From the NCBI RefSeq assembly GCF_006345805.1, contig NC_043002.1, forward strand, positions 9,672,001-9,736,000: 64,000 nt of DNA, read 5' to 3'. Below are positions 13,901-27,253 of this stretch, piece by piece. Positions within the stretch are counted from its first letter, which is position 1. Each line of letters begins with the position of its first letter. Below the pieces are notes generated by a model. That model saw only the letters and a list, made by a program, of their open reading frames with translations, did no database searches and was not told where the DNA came from. The stretch is from Octopus sinensis. Its lineage: Eukaryota. The translations under genes and the position numbers were made by a program.

Positions 13901-16769
13901 TGAACCCATTTCTTGACTTTTCACAAACCGGGCTATCTGTCAATGGGTTACTTGTTTCTATCATTTTTTTTATTAAGTGGAATAGATATCACTTTTATAG
14001 TTTATAAGGGGTACATGAAATCCAGCACTATGATCCTATGAAACATCATAAACATCGTTTAACGTCCGCTTTCCATGCTAGCATGGGTTGAACGATTTTG
14101 ACTGAGGGCTGGCGAACCAGATGGCTGCACCAGGCTCCAATCTTGATCTGGCAGAGTTTCTACAGCCGGATGCCCTTTCTAGCGACAACCACTCTGAGAG
14201 TGTAGTGGGTGCTTTTTACGTGCCACCGGCATGGGGGCCAGTCACGTGGTACTGGCAATGACCTCACTCAAATCTTTTTACACGTGCCACCAGCACAGGT
14301 GCCAGTGAAGCGACGTTGGTAACGATCACGCTCGAATGGTGCCCTTTTACGTGCCATGGATATGGAAGCCAGTTGGCTGCTCTGGCAACGATCACGCTCG
14401 GATGGTGCTCCTGGCACCCTACTAGCACGGGCACAAGTGCCAGTAAGGTGACGCTGGTAACGATCATACTCGAATGGTGCCCTTTTATGTGCCACTGGCA
14501 CGGAAGCTGGTTAGCTGCTCTGTCAACGATCACACTTGTATGGTGCTCTTGGCACCCCGCTAGCACGGATGCCAGTCATCGAATTGATAACATTTATCAT
14601 TTATTGTGCTCCTGTTACATTTACTGGTGAGCTCTACCCATGACTTTTACCTGGGGCTCCAAGACTCATGGGAAGTTATCCTCAGGCTGGAAACCTATCC
14701 TGAATGCTTGCAATAGAATTATCTTTGCTAGAAGCAACCAAAGGCCAGGTAGTGGTGTTAAACCCAGTTCTATCACCTAACAACAAGAATAATAATCCCT
14801 TACCATCAGCTAAATTTTATTCACAAAGTGATAGAAGACACCAGGCAGCTGGATTGAACCCCAAACCATAAAGCTGTTAAATGAACTTCTTAACCATATG
14901 GTTATATCCAACGTGCTATGCAGTCTGATCTAGCATAAAACTACATAGTTGAAGAATGGATTTCTTAACTACAAAGCTACACCTGTACTTGGCCAGTTGG
15001 ACTGTGGCTATTGAGAGCTGTCTTTGAGATAACAATGTTTTGATCTGAATTGCCATTACTTTCACTGGAAGGTTGATTACTCTATTGGCTTAGTTGACTA
15101 TAGCTCTGAAGGTGTCACGGACAGAGAGTAAATTCTGGATCTCTGTTTCTCATCAAGTGCTTATTGAGCGAATTTACTGTGCTTAAACTTCAGTAATTCC
15201 TCTCAGAAAAAAACATGGACAGACTTATCTTCCTCTATGAATTTCTAGCTTATATCTAAAAAAGAAAAGCAACTGAAATATTGATTGGATTGCTCTGTAT
15301 TTGTGTAACATGATATAGAGGAAGTGAGTGAGTTCTTAATTAAACCGAATGAGGGCATGAATACTGTAACTCACCATTTCCTCTCTCTTAAAAAGAAAAA
15401 AAAAATGGCCTAATCAAAACAAGCAAAAAATACTTACAAGAAATGCATTATTTTATCTCCTTTTATTGTGCAACAATTAAGATTTTTCTAATAGACATGA
15501 CATTGTGCTGAAGTTAGCAGCTGGGATGCTATTATATGGAAATGAATTTCTGTCACTGGAATCACTGTTGATACTCTTAGTGAAGGACAAATAAACTCAT
15601 TGAAGCAGAACAGAATATATATGTACAGCTGTGCATCCATAATGTTTGGTTGCCTTAAGGAAATGACCTGAAGAAATAAAATCAATTTTATTACAATAGT
15701 GCGTTGTTTTTTTTTTTTTTCCTTTCACTTTAAAGCATGGATATTAAATGTAAAATAGAAGTGGTCTGAGTCCTAGTGGTGTCTTTGCATACTTTTTCTT
15801 TATAAAAGTGATAACTTGTAAATGCTGAAATACATAGTCACTCAACCATATTAAAGGAAATACTTTTACACATGTCTACACAATCAATGCTGACTTGGGG
15901 CTAAACACCTATAGGTGAGTTTTGGGGATTCTTGCTCCTTTGGCAAGTAAAACTTACATCATTTGCTTCAGGAGCAAATGATATCAGTTTTAGTTGACCA
16001 AAAGAGCAAGAATCTTGAAAAACCCACTTGACCCAGGGACTTTTCTAAACTCCACAAAAAGAAACGTTTTGTCAGTGCCCTCATCAGAGGAAATTGATAT
16101 TAAAAACTTGAAAATCTCCCATTTGTCAACTAGGGGAATGCTGCCTCCTTCAGACATCTTTGGCAGGGAGTCATGAACATAACTGGAACTGATCTAAGGG
16201 ACATAACTCAACCCTGCCCAAGGTTTTGCTAGAAGAGTTTTGTTCCAGAATTTCTTATGCTTGCAAAATTAACTGACCATAATGTTTTCCTTCCAGTTGT
16301 AGAAAAGTTATGCGCCTCTGGCACCTATACAGCTAAGTGCTTTGGAAGTGCAAAACCAATGGTGACTGGCCATAGCAAGTAACCTAAAGGCATGTAGCTA
16401 TAAAAATGAGTATTTGGAGAAAATAGAATGGAATAATTTCCCATTGTTCTTAGATTGCAAAGACAATTGTATTGAAGTTGTTTGGTGTAATTTGAGAGAA
16501 ATCTGTTATAGCAGGACAAACAATATAGGTTTCTTTGTTGGCTTCAATAATATGTGTGTGTGCAGAGTAGGCAACAAGTTTGGAAGAATTATTGAAAAGA
16601 ATTTTATATTCAGAATAACCTTTGAAGTTAGAAATTGAAAAGTTCTACCATTTTCTTGGTTTCTTCAGATTTCATCACCCATTGGTCTGGTATCAGGCTT
16701 TACTGATTCAGACAGAATTTATCTAACAAGAAAAACTATGTAAAATTTGATTCCATTACTCTTTAAGAA

Positions 16770-17143
16770 TCTCTATATATAAACGGCAAAATGTCTGTGT
16801 GTGTGTGTGTGCGCGTGTCCTTTATACAAATCCACAATTTATCAGTTAGCGGGCTCGTACTTTCTATGGTCATTCAAAACCATCCAAGGATGGTCGTGCA
16901 CATCTTTACATTTCCCCAGTCACCCTGCAAAGCCATTAAAAAATCAATAGAAGTGACTTTTTTGTGAATTTTCTATCCAAAACCCAATGAAAATGCCCGA
17001 AACTTGATACACTAATTGAATGCCAGCTAGCTGTATGTGATTGATCGGAGATTTGGACAGTACTCGCATGTATGTGCGCATGGACGCAGCTGTATATGCA
17101 TGCACTAGCACTATGACCTGGCAACGCCAGGTCATAGTGCTAG
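16770..17143 (+). mobile_element. Non-autonomous Helitron (3'-truncated relative on - at ~63601-63914)
   Basis: A|TC...ctatgacctggcaacgccaggtcatag hairpin, CTAG|T. Confidence 0.75.
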
Positions 17144-18571
17144 TATATAATATTTGATCAATTTGCTTTCTCTTAGTGTACCATTAACTTATTGGTATTA
17201 AAAAAAAAATGAGCAGTGTTTCATCAGCTCACAGTAGTGACTACAGTCTTAACAGACATAGCTTGAAGAGACATATCTCTAAAGTGAGTTGTTCTCATTT
17301 GTTCTTCAGACACTAAAAAGATTTGAGCCACAAAGTACTGAACTTGATTCAGAATTCAAGAAAATTTGAAGGGACAACATAGAAAGAATGGAAGAAGATT
17401 CTTGGGAACTATAATTAAGTGCTTCATGAAATACTAGCTGAAAGAGTATGAAATCTGCTAAAATACTCTTTTACTTGTTTCAGTCATTTAACTGTGGCCA
17501 TACTGGAGCACTGCTTTTAGTCAAGCAAATCGACCCCAGGACTTATTCTTTGTAAGCCTAGTACTTATTCTATCAGTCTCTTTTGCTGAACCGCTAAGTC
17601 ACGGGGGTGTAAACACACCAGCACCTGTTGTCAAGCGATGCTAGTGGGACAAACACAGACACACAAACATACATACACACACACATATATACGACGGTCT
17701 TCTTTCAGTTTCCGTCTACCAAATCTACTCACAAGGCTTTGGTCGGCCCGAGGCTATAGTAGAAGACACTTGCCTAAGGTGCCACGCAGTGGGACTGAAC
17801 CCGGAACTATGTGGTTGGTAAGAAAGCTACTTGCCACTCCTATGTTAAAAATCATAGCCATAGTAATCAAAACAATTTAAATAGTTTATATTTTTAAATT
17901 GACAGTTTTAGTTAAAAAATACTGGCAGGTGCAGGAGTGGCTGTGTGGTAAGTAGCTTGCTAACCAACCACATGGTTCTGGGTTCAGTCCCACTGCGTGG
18001 CATCTTGGGCAAGTGTCTTCTGTTATAGCCCCGGGCCGACCAATGCCTTGTGAGTGGATTTGGTAGACGGAAACTGAAAGAAGCCTGTTGTATATATGTA
18101 TATAAATATGTGTGTGTGTGTGTGTGTTTACGTCCCCCGTTACTTAGCGGTTCGGCAAAAGAGACCGATAGAACAAGTCCCGGGGTCGATTTGCTCGACT
18201 AAAGGCGGTGCTCCAGCATGGCCGCAGTCAAATGACAAACAAGTGAAAGAGTAAAGAGTATTGCAATACATAATTAGCATCATTGTTTTAATATTATTCC
18301 ATGCTTGATTGACTTACATAAGACTATGTTGTAGTACCATTTACGGTTGGATGCTCTTCTTGTCACCATATTTCACTTCTGGGCAGGTTTACTCAGAGGA
18401 CTAGACAAAAAGGATATTGCATGAGCTTTCTTGACATGTCCTGACATGTCAAGAAGTCTGGATATGCTTTCATTGTGCACTGCAAGCAAATTACACTGTC
18501 AGCAACGTTATTGACAGCAATCAAATGAAGATGAGTGAAATATAAACTTATTCATACAAACATGCAATATA

Positions 18572-20013
18572 TCATCATCATCATCGTTTAACGTCTGCTT
18601 TCCATGCTAGCATGGGTTGGACAATTTGACTGAGAATTGGTGAACCAGATGGCTGCACCAGGCTCCAATCTGATCTGGCAGAGTTTCTACAGCTGGATGC
18701 CCTTCCTAATGCCAACCACTCCGAGAGTGTAGTGGGTACTTTTATGTGCCACCAGCACAAGGGCCAGTCAGGCGGTACTGGCAACAGCCACGCTCAAATG
18801 GTGTTTTTTATGTGCCACCTGCACAGGAGCCAGTCCAGTGGCACTGGCAACAACCTCACTCGAATGTTTGAGGCAATGCTGGTAACGATCACGTTTGAAT
18901 GGTGCTTTTTACATGCCACTGGCACGGAAGCCATTCAGCTGCTTTGGCTATCAAGCTCAAATGGTGCTCTTAGCACTCCACCTGGCACGGGTGCCAGTCA
19001 TCGAATTTGTGAATTTGATTTGATTTCAATTTCACTTGCCTCAACAGGTCTTCGCAAGCAGAGTTTAGTGTCCAATGAAGGAAAGGTATGCAGAAATGGG
19101 CTGGGTATGCAGAAATGGGCACAGCATATTTCCAAAGGTCTCGGTCACATTGCCTTGGTGAAGCCTAATGTTCAAAGGTTGTGCTTCACCACCTCATCCT
19201 GGGTTTACCTCTTCCACAGGTTCCCTCAACCGCTAAGGTGTGGCATTTTTCACACAGCTATCCTCATCCATTCTTGCCACATGACCATACCAGCGCAGTC
19301 GTCTCTCTTGCACATCACATCTGATGTGGCGGAAGTTGGTCTCTGCGCATTTTCAGTGTTTATTGTTCCTGCCACATACAAAAACTATCTTCCTAGTTAG
19401 CCTTCCCTTGATGTTGCTGCACCTCTTATGTGTCCATAGCTTACACTTGGTGCATCTTATAGAGTTTCTACCTATGCCTTTTCTACAGATTGAGCAGGGC
19501 CATCTACCTGAAGGCGTTTGTGACTTGTCTACTTTCCTACTTATTAGGACTTTGGTTTTAGCTAGGTTGACTCTAAAGCCCTTCAATTCTAATCCTTGCT
19601 TCCACACCTGAAACTTCTCCAGTTCTGATAGTAACTCAGCAATTAGAGCAAGGTCATCAGCGTAGAGGAGCTCCTGGGGGGCATCCTGTCTTGAATGCCT
19701 CCGTTATTGCCTGGAGGACTATGATAAGTAGGAGGGAGCTGAGGACTGAACCTTTGTGGACCCCTACCTCTACCCGGAATTCTTCACTGTACTCGTTGCC
19801 AACCCTCACCTTACTAGCAGTGTCCCTGTACATGGCTTGCACAGCTCTCACTAACCATTCATCTATCCCTAGTTTCCTCATTGACCACCAGATAAGGGAT
19901 CGGAGGACCCTGTCAAAGGCTTTCTCCATGTCAACGAAAGCCAGGTACAGGGGCTTATCTTTGGCTTGGTATTTCTCCTGCAGCTGTCTTACCAGGAATA
20001 TGGCATCAGTGGT
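18572..20013 (-). mobile_element. RTE-type LINE, 5'-truncated (RT with Cys-rich insert, repeat-rich 3' UTR, (GAT)n tail)
   Basis: DMEKAFDRV, VGVHKGSVLS, LKGFRVNLAKTK; its 3' UTR matches the many short copies in the window. Confidence 0.85.
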
Positions 20014-21145
20014 AACAAATGTCCAATATTTTTACAATACAATTTTTTGGAATTCATAAGATACGAGAAAAAATATTGTTAATATAAAAATTAAGGGGAA
20101 GCCTTTTTTTCATTGTAATGATGATTCGTATATGGGTAGTTAATATAATGGTTATTATTAAACACTAGCATATCCGTGTTATCAAAAATACCGACAGTTT
20201 TATTTAATGATACAAAATAGCACATCAACCATTAATGAATGTCAGCAATCTAGTAAATATATGTACATACACTTGAAGAATACGATACAAATGAAGAATC
20301 AGTTGAAAATATCACCCACGTAATGTATGTGTATTTATAGAAACACAAACACACAGAGACACAGACACTTACACACATTTGTACATATATGCAGGAGTGG
20401 CTGTGTGGTAAGTAGCTTGCTAACCAACCACATGGTTCCGGGTTCAGTCCCACTGCATGGCACCTTGGGCAAGTGTCTTCTGCTATAGCCCTGGGCTGAC
20501 CAAAGCCTTGTGAGTGGATTTGGTAGACGGAAACTGAAAGAAGCCTGTCGTATATATGTATATATATATATGTATGTGTGTGTGTATTTGTGTGTCTGTT
20601 TGTCCCCCTAGCATTGCTTGACAACCGATGCTGGTCTGTTTACGTCCCCGTCACTTAGCAGTTTGGCAAAAGAGACCGATAAAATAAGTACTGGGCTTAC
20701 AAAGAATAAGAATATATATATATATATCTTTCTTTCTCTCTTTTACTTGTTTCAGTCAATTGACTGCGGCCATGCTGGAGCACTGCCTTTAGTCAAGCAA
20801 ATCGACCCCGAGACTTATTCTTTGTAAGCCCAGTACTTATTCTATCGGTCTCTTTTGCCAAACTGCTAAGTGACGGGGACGTAAACAGACCAGCATCGGT
20901 TGTCAAGCAATATTAGGGGGACAAACAGACTCACAAATACACACACACATACATATATATATATACATATATACGACAGGCTTCTTTCAGTTTCCGTCTA
21001 CCAAATCCACTCACAAGGCTTTGGTCAGCCCAGGGCTATAGCAGAAGACACTTGCCCAAAGTGCCACGCAGTGGGACTGAACCCAGAACCATGTGGTTGG
21101 TTAGCAAGCTACTTACCACACAGCCACTCCTGCATATATGTACAA

Positions 21146-21188
<43 letters not shown>

Positions 21189-21480
21189 TATATAGAGGGT
21201 TGAAGAAATTGGAGTCTACAAGAAGGATTACAGATGGACAGTTAATTTTTTAATCACTACAATTGTTTCCACCCAATGTGGTTCTCCCAAAATACAGGTA
21301 TTTGGTTATGTAGCTGTTTGTTTGCATAATGAGATCCAGTTGCGCTTCGTCAGGTGATATTAAAGTGTTGTCTGCGTTAGTTTAAAATCTTGAAGGCCAT
21401 CCCATCCACCTGTCTTGGCTTCAGTCTTGTAGCAGTCGGTAGATTCCTGTTGTTTGCTGGCAGAGTGCATTTGCTGGACT

Positions 21481-23949
21481 CACTGTGCAACACTCAAAAA
21501 AGTACAAGAGATCTGTGGTCATTTTTATATGCAAAATGACATGGGAAATCTATTTCTGGCCTTTTTGTTGAATTAGGCATGGTTTCTACAGAATTGTCAC
21601 TGCATACCCTTTTCGTCATTATTAAATAAAATTCTCTACCGCATTGTAAAATGGGTTTCAACCCAGGGCTAGAGACCAATCTTAGTAACACTGACGATGT
21701 GATTCAAAGCTTGTGTTTAATGTTATTTTTTATCTTTGAGATCTTATTTGTTTTCAACAATGAGTGCAAGACAGTGTAAAAATGGTCCAAACAGATTCTG
21801 TTATATCTGTGGGGAATTGACTTTTGCTGAAGAAAAGCGTAGTGTTAAGAAAATATACAAGGTGTACTTCAATTGTTACTTAAGAGACCAGGATAAGTCA
21901 TGGGCTCCTCATGTGTGTTGCCTTACATGTGTGAAGACATAGAGTGCCTGGTATGCAGGAAAAAATGTTCACATGAAGTTTAGTGTGCCAATGATTTGGT
22001 TTGAGCCGAAGGATCACTCTAATTATTGCTATTTCTGTCACCGTGACTTTACAGGCTGTACTACAGCAAAGAAAATGAAACACATTGTTTACCCAAATTT
22101 GCAATCAGCAATGCACCCAGTAGCACTCAGAAAATTTACCTGTACCTAAACCTCCAGATCAAGAAATGCAGAGTTCCAGCAGTGCTGATGAACATTCCAG
22201 TGGTGAATGCGTGGAGCCCAATGATTCAGAAAGCAAGAATAAACCAATACCATTTTCTCAAGAGGCTCTAAATGACTTGTGCAGGGATCTCTATTTAACC
22301 AAAGAGAAAAGTGAGTTTCTGGCATCAAGGCTTCAAGAAGGTAATCTTCTTGAGAAAGGAGGGAAGACAACACTGTACAGAAAATGTACAGAGGATCTGC
22401 TTACATTATTCACCATGAAGGATGACTTATGCTTTTGTAATGGCATCATTGAACTTTTTGAGCAACTGGAAATACCATATGATAAAACCAACTAGCGACT
22501 TTTTATAGATGCTTCCAAGGACAGCATCAAAGCTGTTCTGCTACACAATGGTAACACTCTGCCTTCTGTTCTCATAGCTTATAGGACAACCATGAACGAA
22601 TCGTATGAAAATCTGAAAGCAATTCTAACAAGCGTACAGCATGGTGACCATACCTGGCATATTTGTGCAGATTTTAAGGTTGTGGCCATGCTTACTGGCC
22701 TTCAGCTTGGCTATACTAAATTCTGCTACTTCCTGTGCTTGTGGAATTCCAGACTGGCCGATCCGAGATGAAATTGAGCAGAGGAAACACATGCACAAAC
22801 CACTTGTGAAAAGTGATAGAATTTTTTTGCCACCTTTGCATATTAAACTTGGTTTGTTTAAGCAATTTGTGAAAGCCTTGGACAAGAAATCCTCCATGTT
22901 TGCATATCTTGCAGAAAAGATCCCTTCCCTGAGTCAAACTAGAATTAAAGGTTTCTTCATAGGTCCCCAAAATCGAAAAATTGTACTTGATGAAACCATC
23001 ATCACACATCTCAAGAGAAAAGAGAAGCTTGCCTTTGAGTCATTCAAGAAAGTTTGCAATAACCTCCTGGGCAACCATCATTCAGAAGACTATGTGCTTG
23101 TTGTGAATGATCTGCTGAGTCATTATCATGATATGGGATGTAACATGTCTCTAAAAGTTCATGTGCTTCACTCTCATTTGGATTTTTTTGCAGAAAATCT
23201 TGGTGATGTGAGTTATGAACATGGCAAAAAATTCTATCAGGATATTTCAGTGATGGAGTGATTATTTGAAGGAAATTGGAACCCTGGCATGTTGGCAGAC
23301 TTCTGCTGGGGTATAAAAAACAGAAGGTCACACTCCACACAAGAAGCTTAGAAGGACAAATGTTGTTTAAACTGACAGGTGTGTTTTTAATTCACAACCA
23401 ATAAATGTTTTGTTATACCAACTAAATTTTTGTTTTGTTTTTTTGTAACTTTCATTATTTGCAATGTTGTGTTCAATACGCAATATTATGCAGTATATTA
23501 TAGAACACTAGCAGTATCGCCCGGCGTTGCTCGGGTTTGTAAGGGAAATAACTATATAAGCATTTTTAGAGAGTTACTTCCCTTACATAAACCGAGCAAA
23601 AAATGCATTAAAAAAAATGAAAAAATGATGGTAAAATTTTTTAAAATCGTAGACTCATCGTAGACGCACGCTAATACCCAGAAAGGCTTGATATGAATCA
23701 TGACAATAAGATACCCGCTTTTGGTTAAACTGCACCGCAAAATGTGGGAGTAGTTAGGAATCTAAATCGGAGGAGACAGACTCTCACACAACTTCACTTT
23801 TATATATAAAGATATGGTTCATGGTACAGGAAAACGGTGCCTAATCTGGAGAAATAAAGGTCAGAATCAGAATCAGGACAATTTTTTGACCCAGGAACAA
23901 GTCTTACTTAGCTTGTACATTTTTTGAACCTGAAATTTGTGGCACAGTG
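21481..23949 (+). mobile_element. Chapaev3-type (CMC superfamily) DNA transposon, degenerate transposase ~21760-23330
   Basis: Termini CACTGTGC...GCACAGTG, flanks ACT/GCT; FCYICG, DQDKSWAPHVC, DHSNYCYFC, LPPLHIKLG, MSLKVHVLHSHLDFF, SYEHG; family name from recall of these motifs. Confidence 0.7.
23508..23812 (-). mobile_element. Non-autonomous Helitron inside the Chapaev3 element
   Basis: On -: TCTTTATATA...cccgagcaacgccgggcgatactgCTAG. Confidence 0.78.
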
Positions 23950-24293
23950 GCTGCTATGAGTGGTAGTGGATGGCTGTTTTGGTACTGGCTGATCGATGAC
24001 CTGTTCTTCATGGTTGGCTGCACATGCGAATTTTATTAGCTGACCTTCAAATATTCATTGGTCAGATACACACATACATACACTCTCACACACACATACC
24101 CTCCTACACACAAACAAACCTGTGTATATATACCTGTATACATAGAGAGATACGCTCACATATACACACATACACACACATTCAGATACATATACACATA
24201 CCCTACGACACACAAACAAACCTATGTATATATGCCCATATACACACACAGATACACCCATACACGCACATACACATGCATATATACATACAT

Positions 24294-24515
24294 GGTACTA
24301 CTAGCAAACAGTGGTCCTGGTGTGCGCACATGCGCATCCGCGCTAGCTAGTCGTGACTAGTTGATCCTACAATGACTACCTAGCAAAGTAAATAAAACAC
24401 AAAATAAATAATTTTTAAACCAAGTAAATAACACAAAAACACAAAGTAAGGATCGACTAGTTATGACTAGCTGGCGCAGATGCATGCACCGGGACCACTG
24501 TTCGCTAGTAGGACC
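24294..24515. mobile_element. Small MITE with ~70-bp TIRs
   Basis: tactagcaaacagtggtcc...actagttgatcct vs aggatcgactagt...ggaccactgttcgctagta. Confidence 0.65.
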
Positions 24516-25462
24516 TACATACATATATTTAGGCATTCATATATACATACAAAACAGCTATCCACTACCACTCATAGCAGTCCAGTAAATGCACTCTGCC
24601 CACAAACAACATGAATCTACTAACTGCTACAAGATTCAAACGAGGACGGATTGGATGGCCTTTAAGTCGAAGATTTTAAACTAAGGGAGATAACACTTGA
24701 ATATCACCTGACAAAGCGCAAATGGATCTCATTATGCAAACAAACAGTTGCATAATCAAATACCTGTATTTTTGGAGAACCACGTTGGGCGGAAACAATT
24801 GTAGTGATTAAAAAATAACTATCCAGCTGTACTCCTTGTTGACTCCAATTTCTTCAATTTCATATTCACACACGACGAACACCCAAAACATGAACATCAT
24901 CATCATCATCATCATCGTCATTTAACGTCCGCTTTCCATGCTAGCATGGGTTGGACTAATGACTGAGGACTGGCGAAACAGATGGCTGCACCAGGCTCCA
25001 ATCTGATCTGGCAAAGTTTCTACAGCTGGATGCCCTTCCTAACGCCATGGAAGTGTATAATAATGCTACCACATTTTTTTTGTTTTTTTGACCAGGTTTA
25101 ACGCTTTAGTTTAACCAGTGGATAATTCTGAGGGTGGACGAGCTTTATACTGTTAGACATTATAATATGTCAATTTATTTATTTTAAACTATTATGCGAA
25201 TATATATACACGTGTAAAGATTATGTTTTATATATAAAGCACCAATAATTTCTAGAATTGAGAAGGAAGAACAGTTTCTTACAGCTGTTTCTGTCTGCCA
25301 AGAGGTCTCAGTACCTCTCATGTTATTTCCATCTTTCTAGTGTACCATAGTGATCGTAGATAAAATTAGGGCACTTGGGTATGCCTCTCGGCTTCGTCAG
25401 GGAGTTTAGAAGAGTGTTTAAGAAGTTCAGAGGGCTAAATTATGTATATATAAATACACACA

Positions 25463-25724
25463 CGGCACCTGTGTCGGTGGCACATAAAAAACACCATCCG
25501 AGCGTGGCCGTCTGCCAGCCTCGTCTGGCACCTGTGTCGGTGGCACATAAAATCACCCACTACACTCTCGGAGTAGTTGGCGTTAGGAAGGGCATCCAGC
25601 TGTAGAAACACTGCCAGATCTGACTGGCCTGGTGTAGCCTTCGGGCTTGCCAGACCCCAGTTGAACCGTCCAACCCATGCTAGCATGGAAAGCAGACGTT
25701 AAACGATGATGATGATGATGATGA
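25463..25724 (+). mobile_element. RTE-type LINE 3'-end fragment (another + copy at 61312-61500)
   Basis: ggaagggcatccagc...catgctagcatggaaagc...aaacgatgatgat. Confidence 0.85.
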
Positions 25725-26013
25725 TATATAAAATTGAATAAGGGTAGAAATTGATATTTATCAATTAAAACCAGTGGCCTAGCATATTTTTTTAAAATCC
25801 GAAGATTAAAAATTTTAAACATACAAAATTTAGAGGACTGACCACTAATAGTAGACAGCCTGTATGCTAGAAATAGACGTCAAGATCGCCATTTTCCACG
25901 AAGAATGTGTTCTCAAGAAAAAATTCAACAAAAAACCAAAGTGTAAAAATAAGCAAGACAAATGAAAATATACGAAATAAAAAAACCATTACCTATGTAC
26001 TAATTAGTTTATA

Positions 26014-26046
<33 letters not shown>

Positions 26047-26102
26047 GTGAGTGGATTTGGTAGACGGAAACTGAAAGAAGCCTGTCGTATATATGTATAT
26101 AT

Positions 26103-26516
26103 GGCGAAGTTTCGTATGTCGTAGATCAGATTTCCGTCGATTTCCGTAAAAATTTTTTATTTTTTTACATAAGTAATGAGAGCGAAAGAGACTAAGAGGA
26201 AGCGATTTTATGACGAGAAGGTTTCTCTTTGAAGTCGGCCTGTGTGCGTTTGATGGGGTGTGGGAGACAGACAGTATGTTGTGTAAGTGAAGTGCTTCTG
26301 TTAGTGTGTGCGAAGAGACAGAGAGAGTAATGTGTGAAAGAGAGAGATAACTGATTTTTTACTCGGTGTATGTGTATATGTATGTATGCATGTATGTGTG
26401 TGTGTGTGTGTATGTATCTATGTATGTGTGTGTGTAAGTATGTTACATAAACAGGCGCCGCAAGGTAATCTTTCGTTTTAATTCGAAATAATGTAAACAC
26501 TGAATCGGCCATACAT

Positions 26517-26548
<32 letters not shown>

Positions 26549-26983
26549 GTACTTACACACACACACACACATACATGCAGACATACATATTCACATACAC
26601 CGAGTAAAAAATTACGATGAATCGGCCATACATACATACATACATACATAAACACACACACATACATAGATACATACACACACACACACATACATGCATA
26701 CATACATATACACATACACCGAGTAAAAAAATCAGTTATCTCTCTCTTTCACACATTACTCTCTCTGTCTCTTCGCACACACTAACAGAAGCACTTCACT
26801 TACACAACATACTGTCTGTCTCCCACACCCCATCAAACGCACACGGGCCGACTTCAAAGTGAAACCTTCTCGTCGTAAAATCGCTTCCTCTTAGTCTCTT
26901 TCGCTCTCATTACTTATGTAAAAAAATAAAAGTTTTTTACGGAAATCGACGGAAATCTGTGCTACTACAACCGAAACTATGCC
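26103..26983. mobile_element. Long-TIR foldback element inside a SINE, 8-bp TSD GTATATAT (short relative at ~34400-34662)
   Basis: Arms gatttccgtcgatttccgtaaaa...gagagcgaaagagactaagagg are inverted; TSD 26095-26102 and 26984-26991. Confidence 0.8.
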
Positions 26984-27253
26984 GTATATATATATATATG
27001 TGTGTTTGTGATTGTATGTCTGTGTTTGTCCCCCTAACATTGCTTGACAACCGATGCTGGTGTGTTTACGTCCCCGTCACTTAGCCGTTCGGCAAAAGAG
27101 AACAATAGAATAAGTACTGGGCTTACAAAGAATAAGTCCCGGGGTCGATTTGCTCGACTAAAGGCGGTGCTCCAGCATGGCCGCAGTCAAATGACTGAAA
27201 CAAGTAAAAGAAAAAAAAGAAAAAGAAAAGAATATATATATATATATACATAC

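Larger units (their letters stand above)
21200..24857. mobile_element. Old foldback element with ~320-bp imperfect inverted arms hosting the Chapaev3 element and a small MITE
   Basis: 21200-21480 plus 23950-23985 is the reverse complement of ~24545-24857. Confidence 0.7.

Noticed and set aside
14264-14630. Repetitive ORFs with CQWH/VTITL motifs (also 61786-63145, 18732-19400, 5852-6226)
   Set aside because: Tandem repeats in the RTE LINE 3' UTR; repeat-plus-spacer look but not CRISPR (eukaryote, no cas genes, spacers not unique).
15460-15680. Possible minus-strand terminal exon (acceptor near 15670, AATAAA near 15465)
   Set aside because: No partner exons or recognisable protein; such motifs are expected by chance in AT-rich DNA.
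16060-16110. CTGATGAGGGCACTGACAAAACGTTTC on the - strand (hammerhead-like)
   Set aside because: No GAAA, helix II or helix I pairing; single copy.
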